Shown here: piece after piece, positions 39,241 through 50,636 of the stretch
Numbering within the stretch: position 1 is the stretch's first letter
How the letters are laid out: each line of letters begins with the position of its first letter
DNA from: Sulfuricella sp.
Lineage (GTDB): Bacteria; Pseudomonadota; Gammaproteobacteria; Burkholderiales; Sulfuricellaceae
NCBI GenBank assembly: GCA_041651995.1
Contig: JBAZID010000011.1
Coordinates: forward strand, 22,345-86,344
Direction: 5' to 3'
Length of the DNA: 64,000 nt
Translations under genes and position numbers: made by a program
The notes under the pieces: model-generated
Database searches by the model: none
Told to the model about the DNA's origin: nothing
What the model saw: the letters and a program-made list of their open reading frames with translations, nothing else

Positions 39241-40721
39241 GTCGCAACGAGCAGCAAGGCCATCAGCAGCAGCGCGGGCAGATTGCCGAAGCGGACGAAA
39301 GGCGTGCTGCCCTGAAAGGCTTGCGCCTGAACTTCCAGAATCGTGGTTGTGAAAACCGGGGCTTGTTGTTCAACCATCCCGCGTGGGTTGATGATGGCCG
39401 TTACGCCGGTATTGGTGGCGCGCAGCATGGTGCGCCCGCTTTCCAGGGCGCGCATCTGGGCAATCTGCAGATGTTGCCAGGGGCCGATGGAGTGCCCGAA
39501 CCAGGCGTCGTTGGTGAGGTTGGCCAGCATGGTTGCCTGTGGCAGCTGGCGGATGATTTCCTCGCCGAAAACGTCTTCATAGCAGATGTCCACTGCCAGT
39601 TTCAGCCCGGTAACGGACATCGGCTGCTGCACTTCGGCGCCGCGGGAAAAGTCGGAGAGGGGAATGTGCAGGATATTCAGCACCCAGTCGAGCAGGGGGC
39701 GCAGCGGCAGGAACTCGCCAAAGGGGACCAGATGCGATTTGCGGTATGTTTGCGCCGGTGATGTTCCCAGGCTGAATGCGCTGTTGAAATATTCGGCGGG
39801 CGTGCCTGCCTCGGGAACGCCGAATACCACGTCGCCGCCACGCTGCTGCGCCAATGTTTTTAGCTGTTCGAGATAGAGCGTGGGCACGTCATCGATGAAC
39901 ATGGGCAGGGCGGTTTCCGGCATGATGATCAGCCGGCCACGGCTCTCTGCCGCCAGGCGGGCATAGGTGTCCAGCGTGGCACGCGCCTTTTCCGGGCGCC
40001 ATTTCATATCCTGTTCGATGTTGCCTTGCAGCAGTGAAACGGCCACCGGTTCGCCGACAGGTTCGACCCATTGCGCCTGGCTGAGCGCCCACCCGGCGCA
40101 TGGCACGAGAATGAGCGCAGCGGCCGCCCGGCGGCGCTGCTTGCCTGCCGCGAGGCTGGCCAGCGCCCCGGCACAGATGGCTGTTGCCAGCGAAACGCCA
40201 TAAACCCCGAGCAGCGGGGCGAAGCCGGACAAGGGGCTGGCCGGGACTTGTGAATATCCCACCGCCAGCCAGGGAAAACCGGTCAGGACCCAGCCTCGCG
40301 ACCATTCGCTCAGGGCCCACAGGGCGGGAATCAGCACCATCAGGCGCAGAGCGGATGGAGCAGATTTGAAGCGCCCCTGTAGCCCGCCCGCCAGTGCCGG
40401 GAAAAGTGCCAGTAATGCGCAGAACAGAGAGGTGGCTGCCACCCCCGCGGCGAGTGGCATGCCGCCAAAATCATGCAGGCTGACATAAATCCAGCTCACC
40501 CCGGTGCCGAAAAACCCCAGGCCGAAAGTGAAGCCTTCGAGGGCGGCCTGCTTTGCGCTGGTGGCTTTGTGCCAGAGGAAAAAAAGCCCGGCCAGGGCCA
40601 GTATGGGCAGCGGAAACCAGTAGAAGGGCGCGAAGCCGAAAACCGCCAGCGCGCCCAGCGCCGGTGCGAGGATGAAGGTCAGCAGGGAGCGCTGAACTTG
40701 TGGCGCGGCCATGTTTTTCAC
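39222..40721 (-). CDS. lnt: Apolipoprotein N-acyltransferase
   Basis: TGFPW, MPETA, KSHLVPFGEF, ICYED, TNDAWFG, RATNTG. Confidence 0.96.
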   Translation of the reverse strand: MKNMAAPQVQRSLLTFILAPALGALAVFGFAPFYWFPLPILALAGLFFLWHKATSAKQAALEGFTFGLGFFGTGVSWIYVSLHDFGGMPLAAGVAATSLFCALLALFPALAGGLQGRFKSAPSALRLMVLIPALWALSEWSRGWVLTGFPWLAVGYSQVPASPLSGFAPLLGVYGVSLATAICAGALASLAAGKQRRRAAAALILVPCAGWALSQAQWVEPVGEPVAVSLLQGNIEQDMKWRPEKARATLDTYARLAAESRGRLIIMPETALPMFIDDVPTLYLEQLKTLAQQRGGDVVFGVPEAGTPAEYFNSAFSLGTSPAQTYRKSHLVPFGEFLPLRPLLDWVLNILHIPLSDFSRGAEVQQPMSVTGLKLAVDICYEDVFGEEIIRQLPQATMLANLTNDAWFGHSIGPWQHLQIAQMRALESGRTMLRATNTGVTAIINPRGMVEQQAPVFTTTILEVQAQAFQGSTPFVRFGNLPALLLMALLLVATWRFRR

Positions 40722-40730
40722 CGGAGACGC

Positions 40731-41978
40731 TTATTCCGGGAGCGGTTTTTCGCTGGCGAAAAGCTGGGCGATCTGCTCGCGTTCGCGTACCAGGTGGATA
40801 CTGGACCCATCCGCCATGACTTCCGCGGCACGCGGGCGAGTGTTGTAATTGGAGCTCATGCTCATGCCGTAGGCCCCGGCAGACATGATCGCCAGCAGAT
40901 CACCCTCGGCCAGCGTCAGGCTGCGGTCGTGACCGAGGAAGTCGCCGCTTTCGCACACCGGGCCGACGATTTCGTAGTTTTGTGTAGCGCCAGTGGCGGA
41001 AACGACCGGCAGGATGGCGTGATAGGCGTCATACAGGGCGGGGCGGGCAAGGTCATTCATGGCGGCATCGACGATGGCAAAGTTCCTGGTTTCGCCATGC
41101 TTCAGGTACTCCACCCGGGTGAGCAGCAAGCCGGCGTTGCCGACCAGGGCGCGGCCCGGCTCGATGATGATTTTGTGGCGGTGCTTGCCAAGCCGCGCCA
41201 ACAGGGTTTTTGCATATTCCTCCGGCGATGGCGGGGTTTCGTCCTGATAGCGAATGCCTACCCCGCCGCCAAGGTCCAGATGGTGCAGGGCAATGCCGTC
41301 CTGCTGGAGGCGGTCAACGAGGTCCAGCACCTTGTCGAGCGCATCGGCGAAAGGCGAGACTTCGGTGATTTGCGAGCCGATATGGCAATCGATGCCCTGG
41401 ATGGAAATGTGCGGCAGGGTGCTGGCCAGGCGGTAAAGGCGCGGGGCATCCTGGTAGGCGACACCAAATTTGTTGCCCTTGAGGCCGGTGGAAATATAGG
41501 GATGGGTCTTGGGGTCGACATCGGGGTTGACGCGCAGGCTCACCGGCGCGGTTTTTCCCAGGCTGCCCGCGACCTGGTTGAGCCGCAGCAGCTCGCTTTC
41601 CGATTCGACGTTGAAGCACAGGATGCCGGCTTCGAGGGCTTGGCGCATTTCACCCGCCGTCTTGCCCACGCCGGAGAACACCACTTTCCCCGGATTGCCG
41701 CCGGCTGCCAATACCCGTTGCAGTTCGCCGCCGGACACAATGTCGAAACCTGCCCCGAGGCGGGCGAACAGGTTGAGAATGGCCAGGTTGGGATTGGCCT
41801 TGACGGCGTAGCACACCAGGTGCGCCCGCTCCGCGAGCGCGTTGTCAAAGGCCTGGTAGGCCTGGGTCAGCGCAGCGCGGGAATAGACGTAGCAGGGGGT
41901 GCCGAATGTAGCGGCGATGTCGTGCAGGGGAACGGATTCGGCGTGCAGTTCGCCATTGATGCGTTGAAAGGTACTCAT
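40731..41978 (-). CDS. lysA: Diaminopimelate decarboxylase
   Basis: YAVKAN, DIVSGGE, CHIGSQI, EPGR, GPVCESGD, MSSNYN. Confidence 0.97.
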   Translation of the reverse strand: MSTFQRINGELHAESVPLHDIAATFGTPCYVYSRAALTQAYQAFDNALAERAHLVCYAVKANPNLAILNLFARLGAGFDIVSGGELQRVLAAGGNPGKVVFSGVGKTAGEMRQALEAGILCFNVESESELLRLNQVAGSLGKTAPVSLRVNPDVDPKTHPYISTGLKGNKFGVAYQDAPRLYRLASTLPHISIQGIDCHIGSQITEVSPFADALDKVLDLVDRLQQDGIALHHLDLGGGVGIRYQDETPPSPEEYAKTLLARLGKHRHKIIIEPGRALVGNAGLLLTRVEYLKHGETRNFAIVDAAMNDLARPALYDAYHAILPVVSATGATQNYEIVGPVCESGDFLGHDRSLTLAEGDLLAIMSAGAYGMSMSSNYNTRPRAAEVMADGSSIHLVREREQIAQLFASEKPLPE

Positions 41979-42088
41979 TTTTGATCCTGTTGCGGAGCAG
42001 CGGGAGGCGGAGGCAGGTAAAGCGGGCCTTTATGGCCGCAGCTGGCGAGCAGCAGGCCGCACAGAACTAGCATCAAAACAGGCCGCAT
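41975..42088 (-). CDS. lptM: Small outer-membrane lipoprotein (LptM/YifL type)
   Basis: Lipobox LLLASC followed by GHKGPLYLP; upstream of lysA. Confidence 0.85.
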   Translation of the reverse strand: MRPVLMLVLCGLLLASCGHKGPLYLPPPPAAPQQDQK

Positions 42089-42140
42089 AGTATTCTTCCT
42101 CAGTAATTCAGCACGAAATTTTAACATAACGGTACCACTC

Positions 42141-42458
42141 ATGACCTCAAGCGAATTCAACCTGTTGGTGGAAACCACTCTGGCTCAAATCGAACAGTCC
42201 GTCGAAACGAGTGGCGCGGATATCGATTTTGAAACCACCGCCGGCATCCTCGAACTCGAATTTGATAACGGCAGCAAAATCATTATCAATCGCCAGTCCG
42301 CCACTCAGGAGCTATGGGTGGCGGCAAAATCCGGAGGTTACCACTATCTCTGGAAGGACAACGCCTGGCGCAACACGCGCGACGGCAGCGAACTGTTCGC
42401 TTCCCTGAGCCGCTATGTGAGCGAGCAGGCGGGAGAAGCGCTGGAACTGAAGCCCTAG
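42141..42458 (+). CDS. cyaY: Frataxin-like iron donor CyaY
   Basis: GILELEF, KIIINRQ, ELWVAAKSGGYHY. Confidence 0.95.
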   Translation: MTSSEFNLLVETTLAQIEQSVETSGADIDFETTAGILELEFDNGSKIIINRQSATQELWVAAKSGGYHYLWKDNAWRNTRDGSELFASLSRYVSEQAGEALELKP

Positions 42459-42461
42459 CGT

Positions 42462-44111
42462 ATGTCAGCTTTTCCCGGTCCGAAAAATGCGCCGATCGAT
42501 TTCCAGAACAAGACCTTTCTGGTTATCGACGACATCATCGGCGTGCGTTCCTCGATGCGCATCACCATCACCACCTTTGGCGGCGTCAAGGTCGACATGG
42601 CGGCGAATGCGGCGGATGCGATCAACAAGATCGAGCATCGCAACTACGACATCATTCTCTGCGACTATTCACTGGGTGAAGCCAAGGATGGGCAGCAATT
42701 GCTGGAAGAGCTCAAGCGGCGGCGCCTGATCCGGAATACCACCATTTTCATGATGGTGACCGCCGAACGAGGCTACGAGAAAGTGGTCAGTGCAGTTGAA
42801 CTGGCGCCGGACGACTATCTGATCAAGCCTTTCAGCGGCGAGGTGTTGCGCACCCGGCTCGAACGCCTGGCACACAAAAAAGCTTTCCTGGCGCCGATCT
42901 ACGAGTTGATGGAACGTCAGGAAATACGCAAGGCGGTGCAGGTGTGCGATCAGCGTTTGCAGGCCGCTGGCCCCTATCTGCTCGATGTGTTGCGCCTCAA
43001 GGGCGAGTTGCTGCTGCTGATTTCGGAATTCGCGAGCGCGAGCCAGGTTTATGAACATATTCTGGCCATGCGCGAAATTCCCTGGGCCAGAATGGGCCTG
43101 TCCCAGGCACGGTATTTTCTGGAAAACCACGCAGCGGCAGCGGAAGGGTTCAAGCAGATTATTGCCGATCACCCCAATTATTTGTCCGCTTATGACTGGC
43201 TGGCCAAGGCTTACACCGCCCTGGGAGACGAGGCATCGGCACAGCGGGTGCTGATGGAAGGGGTGGCCAGGTCGCCCCGGACATTGCAGCGGCAGAAAGA
43301 CCTGGGCGAAAGCGCCTACCAAAATGAGGATCTGGATACTGCGCAGGGCGCGTTTGAAGCCGTGCTGGAATTCGGCAAGTTTTCCTCTTTCACCGAGCCC
43401 GAGGATTTCGCCAACCTGAGCCGCACTTTTCTTGAAAAAGGTGAGTACGATCAGGCTTTGACAGTCATGGGCAATGCTCGCAAGGTATTTGAAAAATCTC
43501 CGCAGGTCATGCTGCATGCCGCCGTGATGGACAGCATGATTCACGGCAAGGCCGGCAACAAGGAAGCGGCTGAGCGCGCATTCGACGAAGCGCGTTCGCT
43601 GTTCGGCGCGGCGGGTGAAAAACCGGAGTCCCTGGCCCTGGATATGGTGCGTGCCTGTTATCAGCAAGGCGACCAGGCGGCGGGCGAAAAAATCACTCAG
43701 GATCTGGTCAAGAACAATCATGACAACCCGGCCGTGCTGAAGCGCACGGAGCAGATGTTCCAGCGCATGGGCATGCATGACCATGGCAAGGAGCTGATCC
43801 ACAATTCCTCGCGCGAAGTGATTGCGCTCAATAACCGCGCCGTGAAGCTGGCCCAGGCGGGCGACCTGAAGGGCTCGGTCGAGTTGTTGATGCAGGCTGC
43901 CGATCAGCTCAAGGCCAATAACGTGGTGGTGCTCAATGCCGCCCACGCGATTTTGACTTATCTGAGCCAGACTGGCTGGGACGAGCGGCTGGCGGCCACC
44001 GTGCAGGAATATCTGGATACCGTGAAACAGCGCGACCCCCAGCACAAGAAATACCTTACGCTGGCAGCAATTTACAAGGATCTTGCGAGCAAGTTCGGAG
44101 TCACGAAGTGA
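42462..44111 (+). CDS. Response regulator receiver + TPR repeats
   Basis: LVIDD, ILCDY, MVTAE, YLIKPF, then helical repeats; no DNA-binding domain seen. Confidence 0.88.
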   Translation: MSAFPGPKNAPIDFQNKTFLVIDDIIGVRSSMRITITTFGGVKVDMAANAADAINKIEHRNYDIILCDYSLGEAKDGQQLLEELKRRRLIRNTTIFMMVTAERGYEKVVSAVELAPDDYLIKPFSGEVLRTRLERLAHKKAFLAPIYELMERQEIRKAVQVCDQRLQAAGPYLLDVLRLKGELLLLISEFASASQVYEHILAMREIPWARMGLSQARYFLENHAAAAEGFKQIIADHPNYLSAYDWLAKAYTALGDEASAQRVLMEGVARSPRTLQRQKDLGESAYQNEDLDTAQGAFEAVLEFGKFSSFTEPEDFANLSRTFLEKGEYDQALTVMGNARKVFEKSPQVMLHAAVMDSMIHGKAGNKEAAERAFDEARSLFGAAGEKPESLALDMVRACYQQGDQAAGEKITQDLVKNNHDNPAVLKRTEQMFQRMGMHDHGKELIHNSSREVIALNNRAVKLAQAGDLKGSVELLMQAADQLKANNVVVLNAAHAILTYLSQTGWDERLAATVQEYLDTVKQRDPQHKKYLTLAAIYKDLASKFGVTK

Positions 44112-44821
44112 TCTCCCCGGAAGGCCGGCCCGAGTCACTGGCAACGCTTGATTTCGCTTCCCTGTTTGCCTCGGGCATCCATGAAGTCAAGAATCAGCTG
44201 TTCCTGTTGCAGAGCGCAGTCGAGGAAGTGAGCCGGGAAGACTGGGTCAGGGAGCACACTTCCGCCCAGACGGCATTAAACCGGCTTGATCAGGGTAGTG
44301 CACGGATCGGCCGGCAGCTGGCCCGCTTGCTTGGCCTCTACCGCATTGCCCAGGGGCATTATCAGCTCGATATCGCTTACCATGAGGCGGCTGAACTGCT
44401 GCAGGACGTTGTGCTCGAGCTCAGGCCTCTGCTGGGCGAACAACGTGCGGCAGAATTGGTTGTGGCGGGAGGGGAAGCACTGTACGGATTTTTCGACCGG
44501 GAAATCGTGCGTGGCATCTTGCTCAATGCCGTTCACAACGCCTTGCGCTTCAGCACAGGGAAGGTCCGCGTTAGCGCGGCTAAAGAGGGTGATTATCTGT
44601 GCTTCCGGGTCGAAGACGATGGCCCCGGTTTTCCGTCCGGAATATTGTCAGCGGAGGCTGCCCGGACAAAACTCGATCTGCGCGGAGGAAACTCGGGATT
44701 GGGTTTGTATTTTTCCGTCACTGCCGCTGCGCTGCATCATAGCCAGGGGAAAAAGGGTTTTGTGACGTTGCAGAACGGTGGCGCGCTGAAGGGTGCCGTG
44801 TTCGCGTTGCATCTTCCGTGA
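44108..44821 (+). CDS. Sensorless histidine kinase
   Basis: H-box IHEVKNQL, N-box NAVHNALRF, EDDGPGF, SGLGLYF. Confidence 0.85.
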   Translation: MISPEGRPESLATLDFASLFASGIHEVKNQLFLLQSAVEEVSREDWVREHTSAQTALNRLDQGSARIGRQLARLLGLYRIAQGHYQLDIAYHEAAELLQDVVLELRPLLGEQRAAELVVAGGEALYGFFDREIVRGILLNAVHNALRFSTGKVRVSAAKEGDYLCFRVEDDGPGFPSGILSAEAARTKLDLRGGNSGLGLYFSVTAAALHHSQGKKGFVTLQNGGALKGAVFALHLP

Positions 44822-44850
44822 CGGGTTCTATCCCCCTTCGCGAGTCTGGT

Positions 44851-45246
44851 TTATAGCAGCGTGAAGAACTTCAGGAACGGCCCCGCCAGTTGGGGTGTGC
44901 GGATCATTTTTCGATAATCGCCATGCCTGAAATGCAGCTGCCCGCTGGCGACTGCCACGCCCAGGCCGGCGATGCCGAGCCCTTCTTTTTTCCATTTAGC
45001 CCATTGTTCGGGTGTCGCGCGCAGATCCCAGTTGGCGGCAGGGCTATTGGCCGCGTTGTGAAGCCCCGCCTGCTCGATTCTGCCATTTTTCACTTCCACC
45101 AGTACCGCCGGATGGATTGCATCAATGAAGCCAAAGGCGATGACTGAATCGAAGCTGGCCGCTGCCAGCGGCTCCACCATGTCTGGATTGGCATTCCATT
45201 GAGTGGTGAAGCGTTCTGCCCATTCAGGTGAAAAGAGTCCTTCCAT
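44851..45246 (-). CDS. SCP2 (sterol carrier)-like domain protein
   Basis: LFSPEWA start, WDLRATPEQW, GQLHF..GDY; fold call by resemblance. Confidence 0.6.
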   Translation of the reverse strand: MEGLFSPEWAERFTTQWNANPDMVEPLAAASFDSVIAFGFIDAIHPAVLVEVKNGRIEQAGLHNAANSPAANWDLRATPEQWAKWKKEGLGIAGLGVAVASGQLHFRHGDYRKMIRTPQLAGPFLKFFTLL

Positions 45247-45249
45247 TTG

Positions 45250-46647
45250 CTATGCCCCCAGGGTTTTTCTGGCTCTTTGTATGGCGAGCCGGACCTGCTG
45301 CGGAGCGGTGCCGCCGATGTGATTGCGGCTGTTGAGCGAGCCTTCCAGCGTCAGGACGGCGAAGATATCCTCGCCGATCAGGGGCGAGAATTCCGCGAGC
45401 TGTGCCAGGGTGAGTTCGCTCAGGTCGCATTTCCGGCTTTCGGCATAACGCACCGCGCGGGCCACGGCTTCATGCGCGTCGCGGAATGGCAGCCCTTTTT
45501 TTACCAGGTAATCCGCCAGGTCGGTGGCCGTGGCATAGCCCTGGAAAGCGGCCTGGCGCATGGCATCCTTGTTGACCGTGATGCCGGTGATCATGTCGGC
45601 GTAGATGCGCAGGGTGGCGTTGAGGGTGTCCGCGGTGTCGAACAGCGGTTCCTTGTCCTCCTGGTTGTCCTTGTTGTAGGCCAGCGGCTGGGCTTTCATC
45701 AGGGTCAGCAGCGCGACCAGGTGGCCGGTGACGCGCCCGGTCTTGCCGCGCACCAGTTCCGGCACGTCGGGATTTTTTTTCTGCGGCATGATGCTGGAGC
45801 CGGTGCAGAAGCGGTCGGCGATGTCGATGAAGCCGAAGCGCGGGCTCATCCACAGGATCAGTTCTTCCGACAGGCGCGAAAGATGGGTCATGATCAGTGC
45901 GGCGCAGGCGGTGAATTCGATGGCGAAATCGCGGTCGGATACTGCGTCCAGCGAGTTCTCGCACACCCCGTCGAAGCCCAGTTCGCGCGCTACCATTTCG
46001 CGGTCGATGGGGTAGCTGGTGCCGGCCAGCGCGGCGGCGCCCAGGGGCAGGTGGTTGGCGCGCTTGCGGCAGTCGGCGAGGCGTTCGCCGTCGCGCTTGA
46101 GCATTTCGAAGTAGGCCATGAGATGATGGCCGAAAGAAACCGGCTGGGCGACCTGCAGATGGGTGAAGCCTGGCATCACGGTGTCGCTGTGCTGCTCGGC
46201 AAGATCCAGCAGGGCGGCCTGCAGATTGCGGATCAGCACGGACAGGGCGTCGATCTCGCTGCGCAGCCACAGGCGGACATCGGTGGCCACCTGGTCGTTG
46301 CGCGAACGGGCGGTATGCAGGCGCTTGCCGGCATCGCCCACCAGCGCGGTGAGGCGCTTTTCAATGTTGAGGTGGACATCCTCCGCGTCGAGAGACCAGG
46401 CAAACTGGCCGGAGCGGATTTCTTCCAGAATTTGCTGCAAGCCCTTGCGAATGGATGAAAGGTCGTCTATGTTCAGGATGCCGACGGCATGAAGCATGCC
46501 GGCATGGGCGAGCGAGCCCTGGATGTCGAATTCGGCCAGGCGGCGATCAAAGTCCACTGACGCTGTGTAACGTTTGACCAGTTCCGAAACAGGTTCGTTG
46601 AAGCGGCCGGACCAGGCCTGTGCGGCAGACGGGCTTTTATCTTGCAT
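45250..46647 (-). CDS. argH: Argininosuccinate lyase
   Basis: [39 protein letters not shown]. Confidence 0.98.
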   Translation of the reverse strand: MQDKSPSAAQAWSGRFNEPVSELVKRYTASVDFDRRLAEFDIQGSLAHAGMLHAVGILNIDDLSSIRKGLQQILEEIRSGQFAWSLDAEDVHLNIEKRLTALVGDAGKRLHTARSRNDQVATDVRLWLRSEIDALSVLIRNLQAALLDLAEQHSDTVMPGFTHLQVAQPVSFGHHLMAYFEMLKRDGERLADCRKRANHLPLGAAALAGTSYPIDREMVARELGFDGVCENSLDAVSDRDFAIEFTACAALIMTHLSRLSEELILWMSPRFGFIDIADRFCTGSSIMPQKKNPDVPELVRGKTGRVTGHLVALLTLMKAQPLAYNKDNQEDKEPLFDTADTLNATLRIYADMITGITVNKDAMRQAAFQGYATATDLADYLVKKGLPFRDAHEAVARAVRYAESRKCDLSELTLAQLAEFSPLIGEDIFAVLTLEGSLNSRNHIGGTAPQQVRLAIQRARKTLGA

Positions 46648-46677
46648 CGTGTCGGGGTCTTATTCAGAATTAGGAAC

Positions 46678-47691
46678 ATGGCAAGTATAAATCAAAACCA
46701 GCGGCCCCCGGTGGCCCTGCCCAATTTTTGCAATCTGGGGGTGAACCTGCGCATTCTGCTCGCCGTAAATGGCATGAGCCTGATCGCGGCTGGCCTGAAA
46801 GCATCCACCTGGGCCTTGTTCTGGCAGGAGTTGATGGGAATTGCCGTGCTGGTGCAGCCGGTATTGCTGTTGAGCCTGCTGCTGCTGTGCACGGTGCGAA
46901 AATTTCTGGATCGCCTGCCTTATCGGGGCGGCATCGTGATGGTCGTGCTACTGGAAGAATTGCTGACCACGCTGGCGTATTTCCTGGGGCGCGAATTGCT
47001 GGATACGGTTGAATCATTTCAGCTGTACCGATACTGGATATTCACTTTCTTGCTGACAGCCACGCTGCTGGTTTATTTCAATTTACGCAGCCGCGCGCTT
47101 TCGCCAGCCTTGAGCGAGGCCCGGTTGCAGGCGCTGCAGGCGCGCATCCGGCCCCACTTCCTGTTCAATAGCATCAATGCGGTGCTGAGTCTGATTCGCA
47201 GCAATCCGAAAGCGGCGGAAACCGCGCTGGAAGACATGGCGGACCTGTTTCGCGTGCTCATGGCGGACAATCGCAATCTGGTCGGCCTTGAGCAGGAAGT
47301 GGCCTTGAGCCGCCAGTATCTCGGGCTGGAGCAGTTGCGGCTGGGAGAGCGTTTGCGGGTGATATGGCACACGGAAAAAATGCCGCACGATGCGCTGATC
47401 CCCCCCCTGGTTTTGCAGCCCTTGCTGGAAAATGCCGTATATCACGGTATCGAGCCGTCGATTCTGCCGGGCGAGATTTGTGTCAATATTTACAGTAGCC
47501 GCAACCAGGTTCATCTGGTATTGCGCAACCCCTATCGCAACGAAGGGAATCACCATAGCGGCAACAAGATGGCACTGGGAAATATACGCGAAAGACTGGC
47601 GCTGCATTTTGATGCCGAGGCAAGCCTGACAACGCAAATCAGCGATAACGCTTATCAGGTGCACATCGTGATTCCCTATATGAAGCAGTGA
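46678..47691 (+). CDS. fimS: LytS-type sensor kinase FimS/AlgZ
   Basis: LQARIRPHFLFNSIN, LQPLLENAVYHG; sits between argH and algR. Confidence 0.85.
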   Translation: MASINQNQRPPVALPNFCNLGVNLRILLAVNGMSLIAAGLKASTWALFWQELMGIAVLVQPVLLLSLLLLCTVRKFLDRLPYRGGIVMVVLLEELLTTLAYFLGRELLDTVESFQLYRYWIFTFLLTATLLVYFNLRSRALSPALSEARLQALQARIRPHFLFNSINAVLSLIRSNPKAAETALEDMADLFRVLMADNRNLVGLEQEVALSRQYLGLEQLRLGERLRVIWHTEKMPHDALIPPLVLQPLLENAVYHGIEPSILPGEICVNIYSSRNQVHLVLRNPYRNEGNHHSGNKMALGNIRERLALHFDAEASLTTQISDNAYQVHIVIPYMKQ

Positions 47692-47697
47692 GGGCCC

Positions 47698-48459
47698 ATG
47701 GCCGATCCAATAAGAATACTGATCGTGGACGACGAAGCGCCGGCGCGTAACCGCCTGCGCGAGGTGCTGGCGGATTGTGCGGAAAATCTGCCGGTAATTG
47801 CGGCGGGAGAGGCGGCATCGGGGCGGGAGGCGCTTGACTGGCTGGAGCACAACACGGTTGACGTGGTACTGCTGGATATCCGCATGCCGGAAATGGACGG
47901 GATTGAGCTGGCGCGGCACATGCAGAAATTGAAAAATCCCCCCGCAGTGGTTTTTTGTACCGCATATGATCAGCATGCCATTGAGGCATTCGAGGTTAAT
48001 GCCATCGATTATCTGCTCAAGCCTGTTCGGCGGGAGCGCTTGATCCTGGCGCTAAACAAGGCGCAGGCATATTCACGGCTACAGTTGAAAGCCGTGTCTC
48101 GCCAGCCACGGGTTAACCTTGCCATGTCCGTGGGGGGCAAAATAATGCTGGTGCCAGTGGCGGACATTGTGTTTCTTCGGGCGGAGCAGAAATACGTGAC
48201 GGTGAGAACGCTGATGCATGAATACCTGACGGAAGAGTCTCTGATGCATCTGGAGCAGGAGTTTGGTGAGCACTTTGTGCGCATACACCGCAATTGCATC
48301 GTGGCACGAGATTTTATTGCCGGTTTTGAAAGGCAGCAGCCCAGCAGCGAGGATGAAGCCGGAAGCTTTGCCTGGACGGTTTTGCTGCGCGGCCTGGAAG
48401 AGAAATTGCCGATCAGCCGCAGGCATCGGCATATCGTCAAGGAAACGGCGGGCGATTGA
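47698..48459 (+). CDS. algR: LytTR response regulator AlgR
   Basis: DDEAPARNRL, LDIRMP, RAEQKYV, FVRIHR, ISRR. Confidence 0.9.
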   Translation: MADPIRILIVDDEAPARNRLREVLADCAENLPVIAAGEAASGREALDWLEHNTVDVVLLDIRMPEMDGIELARHMQKLKNPPAVVFCTAYDQHAIEAFEVNAIDYLLKPVRRERLILALNKAQAYSRLQLKAVSRQPRVNLAMSVGGKIMLVPVADIVFLRAEQKYVTVRTLMHEYLTEESLMHLEQEFGEHFVRIHRNCIVARDFIAGFERQQPSSEDEAGSFAWTVLLRGLEEKLPISRRHRHIVKETAGD

Positions 48460-48485
48460 GTTTCTCAGGGGGAATGTAATATGTG

Positions 48486-48520
48486 TTGACATGCGGCCCG
48501 GGAAAGTAGAAAATGGCGCG
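48486..48520 (+). promoter_or_regulatory. tRNA-tuf operon promoter with a GC-rich discriminator
   Basis: TTGACA (48486-91), TAGAAAAT -10 region, GGCGCGC. Confidence 0.65.
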
Positions 48521-48530
48521 CTTCGTTAAC

Positions 48531-48615
<85 letters not shown>

Positions 48616-48630
48616 GGATTTGTAGGTGTA

Positions 48631-48655
48631 AAAGCGGCGTGAAAGCGCCGTTTTT
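48631..48655 (+). terminator. GAAA-tetraloop hairpin + U-tract between tRNA-Tyr and tRNA-Gly
   Basis: AAAGCGGCGT-GAAA-GCGCCGTTTTT. Confidence 0.4.
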
Positions 48656-48676
48656 AGTCGGTAAAAGTAATTAAGT

Positions 48677-48750
48677 GCGGGTGTAGCTCAATGGTAGAGC
48701 AGAAGTTTTCCAAACTTACGACGAGGGTTCGATTCCCTTCACCCGCTCCA
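48677..48750 (+). tRNA. tRNA-Gly (TCC)
   Basis: GCGGGTG...TTTCCAA loop...CACCCGCTCCA. Confidence 0.96.
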
Positions 48751-48757
48751 GATAGTA

Positions 48758-48832
<75 letters not shown>

Positions 48833-48864
48833 ATTAATTTCGCGCTAGAAAGGACGGCTAGATC

Positions 48865-50055
<1,191 letters not shown>

Positions 50056-50063
50056 TTCAAGAA

Positions 50064-50140
50064 GCGCTCAGCCGTCAGTATTCAGCCATCAGGAAAATCT
50101 GATGATGGCTGAATGCTGATAGCTGAGCGCTGACAGCTTA
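50064..50140. repeat. Inverted GCTGA(T/C)A heptamer-type array
   Basis: Arms 50064-50092 and 50099-50130 nearly complementary. Confidence 0.8.
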
Positions 50141-50145
50141 AACAC

Positions 50146-50221
50146 AGGCCAGTAGCTCAATTGGCAGAGTATCGGTCTCCAAAACCGAGGGTTGGGGGTT
50201 CGAGGCCCTCCTGGCCTGCCA
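50146..50221 (+). tRNA. tRNA-Trp (CCA)
   Basis: AGGCCAG...CTCCAAA...CTGGCCTGCCA. Confidence 0.96.
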
Positions 50222-50282
50222 TTCACAGCCGGCAATGCGGGTGTGTTAAACGTTCGCTTTGCAGTGGCTATATTAAGTACAC

Positions 50283-50636
50283 ATGACAACAACAGACAAG
50301 ATCAAGCTGGGCCTGGCGTTTCTGCTGCTGATGGCGGGAGTAGCCGGCTTTTACTATTTGGGCAATCAGGCCACTGTGATCCGGGTGCTTGCGGTACTTG
50401 CGGGAGTGGCCGCTGCCGCGACCGTGGCCTGGATGTCGCAACCTGGCAAGCAATTTCTTGCTTTCAGTAAAGAGTCCGTAGCCGAAACACGCAGGGTGGT
50501 GTGGCCAACCCGCAAGGAAACGATGCAGACAACAGGCGTGGTATTCCTGTTGGTGGTGGCAGTGGCCCTGTTTTTGTGGGTGGTGGATGCCAGCCTGATG
50601 TGGTTGGTGCAGTTGCTGATGGGGCAGGGGGATTGA
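50283..50636 (+). CDS. secE: Preprotein translocase SecE
   Basis: [13 protein letters not shown]. Confidence 0.96.
   Translation: MTTTDKIKLGLAFLLLMAGVAGFYYLGNQATVIRVLAVLAGVAAAATVAWMSQPGKQFLAFSKESVAETRRVVWPTRKETMQTTGVVFLLVVAVALFLWVVDASLMWLVQLLMGQGD

Noticed and set aside
45773-45780. 8-nt homopolymer in argH as a phase-variation tract
   Set aside because: It encodes the conserved QKKNP catalytic loop, in frame.
48702-48718. tRNA-Gly anticodon stem variant (AAGT/ACTT)
   Set aside because: The change is compensated and pairing is kept, so nothing functional is implied.
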